A DNA stretch of 61,057 nt, counting the filler, from Deltaproteobacteria bacterium (GTDB lineage: Bacteria; Myxococcota; JACRCW01): the NCBI GenBank assembly GCA_016218805.1. It is 3 parts of 3 records of this genome, joined end to end, with 100 filler letters (N's around TTAATTAATTAA, not from the genome) between each part and the next. Parts side by side here need not be neighbours in the genome. Positions count along the whole stretch, not along the records: positions 51,781 to 61,057 come from JACRCW010000131.1; 2 more parts are not named here. The stretch is one strand, 5' to 3'. A program made the position numbers and the translations under genes. This document shows, piece by piece, positions 51,911 through 61,057 of the stretch (position 1 is its first letter; every line of letters starts with the position of its first letter). Under the pieces are notes generated by a model. That model saw only the letters and a program-made list of their open reading frames with translations, did not search any database and was not told the DNA's origin.

Positions 51911-52761
51911 GCTGCCCGCGGGCTCGTCAAGGAGGGCTCGCCCCGTTGGTCCCATCGGCCGGGGCAGTTCATGTGGGGCCGGACGTCTCCGTGGCGCACC
52001 AGGTGAACGATTGGGCCGCGTTGACCACGATGTGGCGCCGGTCCTCTGGGACGACTGGCACCAGAGCCGGGCCAACTTTGGACTGGTTGCGGGCGGGTCC
52101 CAATGCGCGCTGCACGTCATTGAAGAGGTGGGCGGCGTCCTGACTCACTCTGGGCGTGCGCCGTCTGACGGAGACCGGGTTGGGCCCGGTGGAACGGATC
52201 CCGCTGGCCCCGCAGCAGCCGGGAGTCGCCAGCGCGCGGTTTGCGGTGGTTGGCGGCCTACTCACCGGCGTGTGGCTCCAACCCTCGCCCCAAGAGCCTG
52301 CGCAGAACCGTCTATGGCGCCGCACTTTCTGACTGAACGGGAGGCCCGGGTTGCGGCACGCAGCCTCACCGCGGCGGCGCGTGGCCATGCCCCCCACTGA
52401 GCCAAGCGATGGCGTGTCAGGGTTCTCACAAAATATCCAGCGTTGAGGGACGCGGAGCCTGCCCGCCGCGGGCAGTTTCTGCGTCCCGTGATTGGGCGCG
52501 TGGGCCCATCCTCTTGGGGACCCGCGCTGCTATTTCAACCATCCAAGACCCAGGGAGCAGACCGCATGGCACACCATTTGAGGCAATTCCGCACAACTTT
52601 GTTCGGCCTGGCGCTGGACGTCCAGGGTCCGGGCGTTTGTGCCGCTCCAGGGCCGGCAACGGCTGGCGTCCTCACCGTACGCGCTGCCAGGGGCGCCCGG
52701 GAGCGCCTCTGAAGTGGATTGAGACCTGGGTGTTGGCGGACGCATCTCCGGGAACGGGAGC

Positions 52762-53199
52762 GTGCCGGCAGGGGAGGTGAGGTTCTTCAACCTGACGGCA
52801 TGCCCGCCGGGTTGGTCTGCGCACACGGCCGCGGAGGGGCGCTACCTGGTGGGATTGCCCGCCGCAGGCACCCTGGCGGGGACCGTGGGGACAGCGCTGG
52901 GAAACCGGGAAAACCGACCGGTGGGCCAGCATACCCACGCCGTCACAGACCCGGGCCACACCCACACTGTGTCAGCGTTTGCTCCCGGTGGGACCTGCTG
53001 TCCGTTCTCCAACATCTGTGCGCTCAGCAACGTCACCACCAGCCGCGACACCACTGGACTCACCGTGAACAACGCAGCCGCGGTGGCGGGCACCAACGCC
53101 CCCTATGTCCAATTCCTGGTGTGCGAGAAGGACTGGGGAGCCCGCATCTGCGTCGCCCGCAGGCCGGCCACCCTCATGCGCTGGGGAGCCGAGGGGTAG
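52762..53199 (+). pseudogene. Phage tail-collar/fibre-tip domain remnant
   Basis: PAGEVRFFNLTACPPGW...GRYLVG collar motif, QHTHAVTDPGHTH, NAPYVQFLVCEKD end; no signal peptide or N-terminal domain and no clear SD. Confidence 0.6.
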
Positions 53200-53249
53200 C
53201 GGAGCCTGGTGAACCACACGCGCGCGGGTGTGCTCCTGCGGTGCCGGGC

Positions 53250-54119
53250 TCAGGCCGTCCCGCCCACCAGGCGGTTGACCACCGCGCCCGCGGCCACCAT
53301 GCCAAACGTCGTCGTCACAAACCCGGCCGACCCGTCAATCCGGGTCCGGTGATCACAGGTGTGGAAGTCATTGGCCTTGCCGGGGCAGACGCACAGGAAG
53401 CCGCCGTGGTCATAGGAGAGGGGTTGCGGGTTGCGCCGCCGTTCCGCGCTGAAGACCACGCGCACGCCGCAGGGCACGGAGGTGTCCACGCCGTACTTGA
53501 TGCGCAGCAGCTTGCGGACGTCCTTGGCAAACGGGTCCGCGTGGGTTTCACACAGCTCCACCATGCGCACCTGCGTGGGGTCCATCCGGCCGGCGGCGCC
53601 CATGGATGAAATCACGGGAATGCGGCGCGTGATGCAGTTGTGCAGCAGGTGCAGCTTGGCCTTCATGTTGTCAATCGCGTCCACCACGTGGTCCGGCTCG
53701 CCGCCCGCGGGCAGCAGCGCGTTGGCGGTGTCCGCATTGTAGAACTGCGGCACCGCATCCACGCGTGCATCAGGATTGATGAGGCGGCAGCGTTCGGCGA
53801 CCTGGTCACACTTGAGCTTGCCAAACGCGCCCTTCACCGCGTGCAGCTGGCGGTTGGTATTGGTCACGCACACGGTGTCAAAGTCCACCAGGGACAGGCG
53901 GCCCACGCCGGCGCGCACCAGGCCCTCCGCGGTCCAGCTGCCCACGCCCCCCATGCCAAAGATGATGACGTGTGCGCGCTGCAGGCGCTCCATGGCGGAT
54001 TCGCCCACCAGGCGGCCCATGCGGTCAAAGCGCCGGTCCAGCTTGAAACCGGGGGACGCCCGCGGGGCGTCATCCGTCAGGGCCGCGGGCGGGAAGCTGA
54101 TTTCAACAACGTCCGACAT
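53250..54119 (-). CDS. tcdA: tRNA threonylcarbamoyladenosine dehydratase (ThiF family)
   Basis: IFGMGGVGSW.AEGL.R.G, DFDTVCVTNTNRQ, VVDAID, ISSMGAAGRMDP, DPFAK.VRK. Confidence 0.9.
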   Translation of the reverse strand: MSDVVEISFPPAALTDDAPRASPGFKLDRRFDRMGRLVGESAMERLQRAHVIIFGMGGVGSWTAEGLVRAGVGRLSLVDFDTVCVTNTNRQLHAVKGAFGKLKCDQVAERCRLINPDARVDAVPQFYNADTANALLPAGGEPDHVVDAIDNMKAKLHLLHNCITRRIPVISSMGAAGRMDPTQVRMVELCETHADPFAKDVRKLLRIKYGVDTSVPCGVRVVFSAERRRNPQPLSYDHGGFLCVCPGKANDFHTCDHRTRIDGSAGFVTTTFGMVAAGAVVNRLVGGTA

Positions 54120-54168
54120 GCGGACGTGTGTTCCACAGCGCACGGCGGATTGCCAGTGCGCCGTCCGT

Positions 54169-55113
54169 TCAACCGCACTGGTTGTTGGACAGCTGGCAGG
54201 TGCCGCTGATGCAGCGTGCCGGAGACATGCAGTAGATGCCGTTGTTCTCGTCACAGGCCGCTCCATCCGCAGCGGCGGCCCGGCACGTCCCCGTGGTGGA
54301 CCCGGCACTGGCCTGGCAGCCACCCCTGGCCGCGCACATGACGTACGCGTTGTTGACCAACCCGCACGTCTGGCCGGACCCCACCAGGGCAATGACCTTG
54401 CACGTGTTGGTCTGCTGATCGCAGCTCAGCCAGTCCGCGCCGGTGAGGTCGCAGTCCTGGATGTCGGGCTGGCAGGCGGCGCCGGCGGCCACGCGCGCGC
54501 CGCAGGTGCCTCCCCGGCAGACCAGGGGGTCCTTGCAGGGAGAGTTGTTGCCACAGGTCGCGCCGGCCGCGCCGGGTGCTACGCACGTGGCGTTGGGCGC
54601 GCACGTCAGGCCGTCGTTGCACGGCTCGTTGTTGGCGCAGCTTCCGCCGGCGGTCACCGGCGCCACGCAGGTGCCGCAGGTGGATGTGGAGGATTCCTTG
54701 CAGCGCTCGCTCTGGCACTGCTCACCGCTGCCGCATTGGGCGCCGTTGGCCAACGTGCCGGCCGGCATGTCCTTGCACGCTTGCGGCGGTTCCGCTGAGA
54801 ACATGTCGGCGCACGCGGCGCTCCCATACGCCTCCGCGCACGCCTTGGTCTGCGCCGGGGTCGCTGTCGTGCCGTTGGCGGAGAAGCTGTCCTCACAGCC
54901 CAACTTGCTGCGCGCCTGACACGTGGTCAGGTCCCCGAACTGGAGGGAAATCACCCACGGCATGCAGCGCTGGTAGAGACCGCAGAGCGCCTCGGCGGTG
55001 GCGTCACACGCCTGCGCCGCCGTGACGGAATCCCCGCCTCCCCCGCCACCACCTCCACCGCTGCAGCCCCATGCACCAACGACCAACGCCAGACCAGCCA
55101 CGTGATTGCGCAT
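54169..55113 (-). CDS. Cysteine-rich repeat lipoprotein
   Basis: GGAGGGAG SD; AWGC lipobox, poly-Gly linker, repeated G..C....C..GL.C modules. Confidence 0.82.
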   Translation of the reverse strand: MRNHVAGLALVVGAWGCSGGGGGGGGGDSVTAAQACDATAEALCGLYQRCMPWVISLQFGDLTTCQARSKLGCEDSFSANGTTATPAQTKACAEAYGSAACADMFSAEPPQACKDMPAGTLANGAQCGSGEQCQSERCKESSTSTCGTCVAPVTAGGSCANNEPCNDGLTCAPNATCVAPGAAGATCGNNSPCKDPLVCRGGTCGARVAAGAACQPDIQDCDLTGADWLSCDQQTNTCKVIALVGSGQTCGLVNNAYVMCAARGGCQASAGSTTGTCRAAAADGAACDENNGIYCMSPARCISGTCQLSNNQCG

Positions 55114-55288
55114 CAGTTCTCCCTCCGCGTTCAGCGAAGGCGCGGCAGGTAGTGGCGTGGCCCGGGCAAAGTCAACATTCGACGGGCGCGGGAAAGCCCG
55201 CCTTGGAGCCCCGGGGCCCCCGCCGCGGACGGGCTTTCGGGCGGCGTCCCCCGTGACCGCCCCGCCAACGGGTGGTAGGAGCCACCGC

Positions 55289-57325
55289 ATGCGCTTGGCG
55301 TCGTCCGTGTGCGGTGCGTGGGTGGCGTTTGCCGTCGGGTGCGGGGGCGCGGCCACCCGGGAGATGGGCAACTACCAGGCGGGCAAGGCCGTTGGGCTGG
55401 CCCAGTTTGTGGATGCCCCCGCCATCATTCTCGACGAGGAAGTGGAGCTCACGTACACGTTCAGCTCCGCGCGGCAGCCGTACGCGGAGCTGCGCCTGCA
55501 CCGCGTGCTGCAGATCCTCACCGAGGAGGGCCGCCGGCGCTTTGCGCGCGTGCCGGTGTCCATGAACCGCCAGATGGAGCCGCGGGCCATCCAGGCGCGC
55601 CTCAAGCACCGGGACGGTTCCAGCGACGACCTGCGCGCGGACCGCACGCTGGACTTCAACCGCTTTCCCCCGTCAGACAAGGCAGCGGCGCTGTACCAGG
55701 AACCGGCGGCGCGCGTGTTTGCCGTGCCGGGGCTGCAGGTGGGGGACATCATTGAGTACCAGGCCACCAGCATCATCCGGGACCCGCGCTGGGTGCAGCC
55801 GGTGATGGCGGGCGAAGACGCCCTGGACCTCCCCATCCAGGAGGCGCGCCTGTCCGTGGTGCTGGCGCCCGGTTATGACGTGGACTTCCGCGTCACCGTC
55901 CGCGGCGAGGTGCGCGAAGCCGCCCCCGAACGCGTGCCCGCGCGCATCCTGGACCCCAACACCGGCAAGGACGCGTCGCTGGATGCGTGGCGGTACATCT
56001 GGCAGTTCAAGTCGCTCGCCCCGTCGGTGGCGGAGCCGCGCGGGTACTTTCCCATGGCGGTGGCCACGCAGGTGCACGTGCAGTTCCGGCGGTTTGCCAT
56101 GCCGGAGAGCCCGCAGAAGGCGTTCCTGGGCTACTCCACGTGGGAGGACGTGGCGGCGTGGTACCGGGACCTGACGGGCAAGCTGGATGCGTCTGGCAGC
56201 GCGCTGGCGCCGGACGCCAAGAACGGGAAGACCCGCAAGGACAAACTCAAGGCGGTGCAGCAGGGCTGCGGGCAACTGGAGCTGGTCCCCGTGGAACTGC
56301 ACCTGGGTGCACTCAAGTTCCACAAGCCCTCCGAGGTCATCTCCGCCAAGAAGGGCGACGCCAAGGACCTTGCGCAGGCCTGCCTGTCCGCCACGCGCGC
56401 CGCCGGGCTGGACGCGTTCCCCGTGCTGATGGCACGCCGCGGCCACCGCCCGCGCGTGCCGGACCTGCCCACACCCGCTGCGTTTGACCACGTCATCATC
56501 GCGGTGCCGGGGCAGGGCACGTATGACTTCTTTGATCCCTCCGGGCTGGGCGTGCCCACGGGGCGGGCGCTGCCGTGGAGCCAGGGCGTGGACGGGCTGG
56601 TGATCCGCCCTGACGGCGTGGAGCGCGTCACCGTCAGCACGGACACCGCGGAGCAGAACCTGCGCGAGGTGAACTACAAGCTGGTGCTCTCCGCGGACGC
56701 GAACATTGAGGGGAGCGCGGTGTTCAAGCTCACCGGGCAGGACGCGGGCTATGTTCGGCAGGTGTCACGCGAGCTCAAGGGCAAGGAGCGTCTGGCCGCG
56801 CTGTCCGAGTGGCTGTCCGGGGGCGAGCAGAAGCTCCCGTGGGCGGATGCGCAGCTCACCGACGAGAACCCGGATGCGGATGCGCCGCTGAAGCTGCTTG
56901 TCACGTTTGACAAGGCGGCGCTGGGCGGGCTCCCCGGCCGGCTGGCGGTGCGCATGAGCGAGCTGACGGGCAAGCCCTTCCCGTTCCTGTGGCGCGAAGG
57001 CCGCGTGACGCCGGTGGACCTGGGCTACCGCCTCACGGAGCGCGTGATTGCCACCGTGCAGATGCCGGAGGGCCACGGGACCAGCGGGCGGCCGCGGGAC
57101 CTGGTGGATGACAACGCGTTCACCAAGGTGGAGCAGCGCCACGTGGTGGCGGATGGGTCATTGTGGTTGCGGCGCGAGCGCACGGTGAAGGAACCGGTGG
57201 TGGCGCCGGCGCAGTACGACGAGCTCAAGAGCGTGTACGAGAAGATGTGGATGAACCTGGACCAGTCCACGCAGGTGGTTCCCGGCGGGGAGCGCGGGCG
57301 GGAGTACGGCGCGGACCCGTTCTGA
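55289..57325 (+). CDS. DUF3857 + transglutaminase-like domain lipoprotein
   Basis: AVGC lipobox; VPGLQVGDIIEY (DUF3857); TWEDVAAWY; KKGDAKDLA, FDHVII, FFDPS transglutaminase-like core. Confidence 0.85.
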   Translation: MRLASSVCGAWVAFAVGCGGAATREMGNYQAGKAVGLAQFVDAPAIILDEEVELTYTFSSARQPYAELRLHRVLQILTEEGRRRFARVPVSMNRQMEPRAIQARLKHRDGSSDDLRADRTLDFNRFPPSDKAAALYQEPAARVFAVPGLQVGDIIEYQATSIIRDPRWVQPVMAGEDALDLPIQEARLSVVLAPGYDVDFRVTVRGEVREAAPERVPARILDPNTGKDASLDAWRYIWQFKSLAPSVAEPRGYFPMAVATQVHVQFRRFAMPESPQKAFLGYSTWEDVAAWYRDLTGKLDASGSALAPDAKNGKTRKDKLKAVQQGCGQLELVPVELHLGALKFHKPSEVISAKKGDAKDLAQACLSATRAAGLDAFPVLMARRGHRPRVPDLPTPAAFDHVIIAVPGQGTYDFFDPSGLGVPTGRALPWSQGVDGLVIRPDGVERVTVSTDTAEQNLREVNYKLVLSADANIEGSAVFKLTGQDAGYVRQVSRELKGKERLAALSEWLSGGEQKLPWADAQLTDENPDADAPLKLLVTFDKAALGGLPGRLAVRMSELTGKPFPFLWREGRVTPVDLGYRLTERVIATVQMPEGHGTSGRPRDLVDDNAFTKVEQRHVVADGSLWLRRERTVKEPVVAPAQYDELKSVYEKMWMNLDQSTQVVPGGERGREYGADPF

Positions 57326-57348
57326 CGGGGCGCGCCACGGAGGCAGCC

Positions 57349-58572
57349 ATGAAGGTGCTGGTGGTGGACAAGTTCCCGGCGGCGGGCCTGGACCGGCTCA
57401 AGGGACTGGGCTTTGACGTGGCGTACCTGCCGGAGGCCAAGGGCGAAGCGTTTGTCAGTGCGGTGCGCGAGTCCGCCGCGGACGGCCTGGTGGTGCGTTC
57501 CACCAAGGTCACCGAGGAGGTGCTGGCCGCCGGCACGCGGCTCTCCCTCGTTGTGCGCGCCGGCAGCGGGTACGACAACATTGACGTGCCGGCGTGTTCG
57601 CGGCGCGGCATCTTTGTGGCCACCTGCCCGGGCCGGAACGCCACGGCGGTGGCGGAGCTCACCATTGGGCTGATGCTGGCGCTGGACCGGCGCATCCCGG
57701 ACAACGTGGCGGACCTGCGCCAGAAGAAATGGAACAAGAAGGAGTACAGCCAGGCGCGGGGCATCCACGGGCGGGTGCTGGGCCTGCTGGGCGTGGGCAC
57801 CATTGGCCAGCTGGTGGCGGCGCGCGCCCGTGCGCTGGGGATGCGCGTGGTGGGCTGGGACAAGTTCCTCCCCTCCGAGCGCGCGGAAGCCCAGGGCGTG
57901 GAACTGCTGGGCCAGCCCGATGATGTGGCCGCGTTCTCCGACGTGGTCAGCGTGCACCTGGCGCTCAACGACGAGACCCGCGGGGTGTGCGGGCCCACGT
58001 TCTTTGACGCCATGCGCCCGGGGTCGTTCTTCATCAACACGTCCCGCGGCGAAATCGTTGACGAGCTGGCGCTGCTCAAGGCCATTGAGTCACGCGGCAT
58101 CCGCGCGGCGTTGGACGTGTTCAACAAGGAGCCCGCGCAGGCCACGGCGGAGTTTGACAACGCGCTGGCGCAGCACGCCAAGGTGTACGGCACGCACCAC
58201 ATTGGCGCGTCCACGGAGCAGGCGCAGGACGCCATTGCGGATGAGACGGTGCGCGTGCTGCGCGAGTTCCGCGACAGCGGCCGCGCCCCCAACACGGTGA
58301 ACCTGGCGCGGCAGTCACCCGCCACCCACGTGCTGACCGTGCGCCACCTGGACCGCGTGGGCGTGCTGGCCCACGTCCTCAACGGGCTGCGCGCCGCGGG
58401 CGTCAACGTGCAGGAGATGGAGAACGTGGTGTTTGACGGCGCGGAAGCGGCCATTGCGCGCATCCACCTGGACCACGCGGTGAGCGCCACCGTGATGGAC
58501 ACCATCCAGAAGGACAACAAGGACATCATGGAGCTCAAGCTCCTGAGCCTTGCGCGGCCGCCGGCCAAGTGA
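57349..58572 (+). CDS. serA: D-3-phosphoglycerate dehydrogenase-like protein with an ACT domain
   Basis: VVRSTKV, RAGSGYDNID, GLLGVGTIG, INTSRG, HIGASTEQAQ, C-terminal ACT (HLDRVGVLAHV). Confidence 0.85.
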   Translation: MKVLVVDKFPAAGLDRLKGLGFDVAYLPEAKGEAFVSAVRESAADGLVVRSTKVTEEVLAAGTRLSLVVRAGSGYDNIDVPACSRRGIFVATCPGRNATAVAELTIGLMLALDRRIPDNVADLRQKKWNKKEYSQARGIHGRVLGLLGVGTIGQLVAARARALGMRVVGWDKFLPSERAEAQGVELLGQPDDVAAFSDVVSVHLALNDETRGVCGPTFFDAMRPGSFFINTSRGEIVDELALLKAIESRGIRAALDVFNKEPAQATAEFDNALAQHAKVYGTHHIGASTEQAQDAIADETVRVLREFRDSGRAPNTVNLARQSPATHVLTVRHLDRVGVLAHVLNGLRAAGVNVQEMENVVFDGAEAAIARIHLDHAVSATVMDTIQKDNKDIMELKLLSLARPPAK

Positions 58573-58579
58573 GCGGCGC

Positions 58580-59500
58580 GTGACCCGCCGAGGACGACGC
58601 CCGCGCGCGGCGCTGCGGCTGCTGACGCGGCGCGTGGGCAAGCGCGTCTTTGTGGTGACGCCGCGGGGTGACCCACCGGGGCGGTTTGTGCGCGTGGACG
58701 GGATGCGCGTACACGTGGAGGACCGCGGCGGGGAAGGACCGCCCATCCTGCTGCTGCACGGCTACCTGGGCAGCACCGCCACCTGGTACCCCGCCATCCC
58801 GCACCTGCTGCGCGGCCTGCGCGTCGTCGCCGTGGACCTCCCGGGATCGGGTTTCTCGGACCGGCCGCGCGGCGTGCCGTACACGCTGCCGTGGTTTGCT
58901 GAGCTGCTGCCGCGCATTGTCCGCGCCGTGGGAATTGACCGGCCCATCATTGCGGCGCATTCGTGGGGCGCGGCGCTGGCGTTGCACGCGCTGGCGGAGG
59001 TGCCGGACCTGGCGCGGGCACTGGTGCTGGTGTCACCCATGGTCCGCGGGGACCGCGCACCGCCCGGGCTGCGCGTGGCGGAGAAGCTCCCGGGGCTGGC
59101 GCGCGCGTTCTTCCGCAGTCCCGTGGGGCACGCGGTGCTCCCCGCGCTGGTGCGCCGCGCGGGTTTCACTCCCAAGGACCCGCACGCGGGGCTGCGCGCG
59201 CGGCGCCTGGCCGGGCACCTGGATGCGCCCGGAGGCTGGGAGGCGGCCACGGACATTGGCCTGCGCGCGGCACTGCATGCGCCGGGACCGGAAGTGCTGG
59301 AACGCGTGATCGTGCCGGTGCTGCTGGTCTGGGGCCGGGATGATCCCATCCATTCGCCGGAGGTGGGACGCGGGCTGCTGCCGCTGTTGGGCGGGCCCGC
59401 GGAGTTTGTGGAGCTGCCCGCGTCACACAACTGTCATGACGAGGCGGCGGAGCTGTTTGCGCAGAACGTGCTGCGGTGGGTGTCAGCGCGGGAACAGTGA
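58580..59500 (+). CDS. Alpha/beta hydrolase
   Basis: LLLHGY, DLPGSGFS, AHSWG nucleophile, WGRDD, SHNCH. Confidence 0.88.
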   Translation: MTRRGRRPRAALRLLTRRVGKRVFVVTPRGDPPGRFVRVDGMRVHVEDRGGEGPPILLLHGYLGSTATWYPAIPHLLRGLRVVAVDLPGSGFSDRPRGVPYTLPWFAELLPRIVRAVGIDRPIIAAHSWGAALALHALAEVPDLARALVLVSPMVRGDRAPPGLRVAEKLPGLARAFFRSPVGHAVLPALVRRAGFTPKDPHAGLRARRLAGHLDAPGGWEAATDIGLRAALHAPGPEVLERVIVPVLLVWGRDDPIHSPEVGRGLLPLLGGPAEFVELPASHNCHDEAAELFAQNVLRWVSAREQ

Positions 59501-60040
59501 GGACAGGCGGACGGTGAAGGCGGGCAGCGTCTTGCTGGTCAGGCTGCCGTGTTTCACGACGCGGTGGTGCGCGTAGGTGGTCCCGCTCGGCTGCGTCATC
59601 ACCTCCACAGAGCGCGCGGGCAGGTCAATGATCCAGAACTCCGGAATGCCGGCGGCGGCGTAGAGCGCTTCCTTTGCCCGGTCCCGCCGCTTGGAGGAAT
59701 CGCACACTTCCATGACCAGCAGGGCGCGTGACGGATTGTCCGGCGCTGCGTTGATGACCAGCTGCTCGGGCACCACCGCGACGTCCGGCTCCGGTTCGGA
59801 ACGCGGTGCAATTGCCAGCGGCATCTGCGTGCGGACGTGCAGGCTCTCAGGCAGCGCGGCGCCAAGCTTCCTGGACAAGACCGACGTGGCGAACGCGTGG
59901 CCGCCACCTTGTGGATTCATGGCGACGATGACCCCCTCGATGAGCTCCACGCGCTCGTTCGCAAACGCGCCGGTGTCCGCGAGGCGGTGGTACTCGTCCA
60001 CCGTGAGACGACGGATGTCCTGCATGCGCAGCGCGACCAT
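59483..60040 (-). CDS. Uma2-family (PD-(D/E)xK) endonuclease-like protein
   Basis: RRLTVDEYHRL, ELIEG, EPEPDVAVV, LLVMEV, K..LYA.AGIPEFWIIDL. Confidence 0.9.
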   Translation of the reverse strand: MVALRMQDIRRLTVDEYHRLADTGAFANERVELIEGVIVAMNPQGGGHAFATSVLSRKLGAALPESLHVRTQMPLAIAPRSEPEPDVAVVPEQLVINAAPDNPSRALLVMEVCDSSKRRDRAKEALYAAAGIPEFWIIDLPARSVEVMTQPSGTTYAHHRVVKHGSLTSKTLPAFTVRLSSLFPR

Positions 60041-60081
60041 GCGCGCACGCTAGCAACGCGATCTCCCCGCCTCAACGCGCG

Positions 60082-61057
60082 TTACGCCGCGGGGGCGCGT
60101 GCCACCTTGCGGGCTTCCGTGACGGGCGTGTTGCGCTCCGCGTTGGCCATGCGGTCTGGGTAGCGCACGTACAGGTCCACCAAACCGGAGAAGGGCACCA
60201 GCACGTTGCGCCCGTCCTGGTAGTCCGGCCCGGCCCACGCCTTGTCCGCCAGCTCCGCGTACCGCTCCGAATACTGGTCCAAGAACCCGGAGACGCGCGG
60301 GTCCCGCACCAGGTCATCCGCGCCGGGATACGCGGGGCGCGCGCCGCATTCGTCCACCAGCTGCCGCAGCACGTGCGGGTGGTCAATGATCTTGCAGGGG
60401 CGCAGCAGGTTGCGGTCATACGGCTGCGCGTCACGGATGGAAGCAAAGAACGGACTCGCAAAGATCTCCTTGAGCGAGTGGTCCTTGATGTTGTGCGTGT
60501 AGAAATGCACAAACGTGCACGGCTGCACCTTCCCGTCGGAGGCAATGAACGCGTAGCGGGAGGCGGAGAGGCAGCCGCCGCAGGTGGCGCCGTCATTCCA
60601 GAAGTCACCCAGGAACAGCGGCTTGGTGCGGCGCCAGCGCAGGGTGGCGCTCCGCAGGTGGTCACGCTGCTCCGGCGTGGGCATCAGGTCCAACTCCGGG
60701 CTCTTCCCCACGGGGATGTACGTGAACAGCCATGCGAACGACGCGCCGCGGTCCATGTAGAAGTCAATGAACTCATCCGTGGCGACGATGTCCGTGTTGA
60801 GGCTGGTGGGCGTGACGCTGATGCCAAACAGCACGCCGCGCTGCTTGAGCCGCGCCATGGCGTCCAGCACGTCCCGGTGCACGCCCGCGCCGCGGCGCGC
60901 GTCGGTTTCCGCTTCATAGCCCTCCACGGAGAGCGCCGGCATGATGTTGCCCGCCGCGGCAATGCGGTCCGCCATCTTGTCGTTGATGAGCGTCCCGTTG
61001 GTGTACGTCAGGAACATCATGTCCGGGAATTCCATCGCCAGGTCCACCAGCGGCTTG
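60082..61057 (-). CDS. Radical SAM/SPASM-type protein (5' end outside the window)
   Basis: YTNGTLI, ALSVEG...TDARRG.G, DFWNDG..CGGC, G.VQPC.F, RPC.IID auxiliary-cluster motifs. Confidence 0.85.
   Translation of the reverse strand, partial: KPLVDLAMEFPDMMFLTYTNGTLINDKMADRIAAAGNIMPALSVEGYEAETDARRGAGVHRDVLDAMARLKQRGVLFGISVTPTSLNTDIVATDEFIDFYMDRGASFAWLFTYIPVGKSPELDLMPTPEQRDHLRSATLRWRRTKPLFLGDFWNDGATCGGCLSASRYAFIASDGKVQPCTFVHFYTHNIKDHSLKEIFASPFFASIRDAQPYDRNLLRPCKIIDHPHVLRQLVDECGARPAYPGADDLVRDPRVSGFLDQYSERYAELADKAWAGPDYQDGRNVLVPFSGLVDLYVRYPDRMANAERNTPVTEARKVARAPAA

Noticed and set aside
51946..52760. Short ORFs on both strands after the poly-C repeat
   Set aside because: No recognisable motifs or convincing starts and weak codon bias; probably intergenic or decayed sequence
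59483..60040. Uma2 nuclease as part of a defence island
   Set aside because: Solitary Uma2 genes are common, and no other defence genes are adjacent

Overview
Very GC-rich bacterial DNA, most consistent with a Myxococcota (myxobacteria-like) draft genome or MAG. This is inferred from tandem PilT paralogues, zinc-ribbon/GYF-TPR, MshEN and DUF3857 proteins, and many Cys-rich lipoproteins. The window is three separate contig pieces (1-28079, 28180-51680, 51781-61057) joined by artificial N/TTAATTAATTAA/N linkers, so gene adjacency across the gaps is meaningless. Housekeeping content: tRNA-Leu(CAA), tRNA-Val(TAC), mpl, infA, clpX-lon, eno, ccpA-like, two pilT-like genes, gpsA, tcdA and serA. Accessory content: a RAYT (Y1 HUH) transposase flanked by two perfectly inverted 27-bp GGAG-type REP hairpins, next to a non-coding 21/22-bp tandem array and an orphan helical protein; a VapBC-like TA cassette; a secreted fibre adhesin with a phage-like tip; and a tail-collar remnant. 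Top hypotheses: (1) a WXG100-like plus EspG-like gene pair in a diderm; (2) the repeat array/REP-RAYT/helical-protein locus; (3) an IDH-family protein lacking both cis metal-binding Asp residues, a possible bacterial regulatory subunit; (4) a duplicated-domain protein with a histone H1-like tail; (5) window-wide TCGA avoidance that the TA cassette breaks. All family calls come from motif recognition by eye; no database searches were run.
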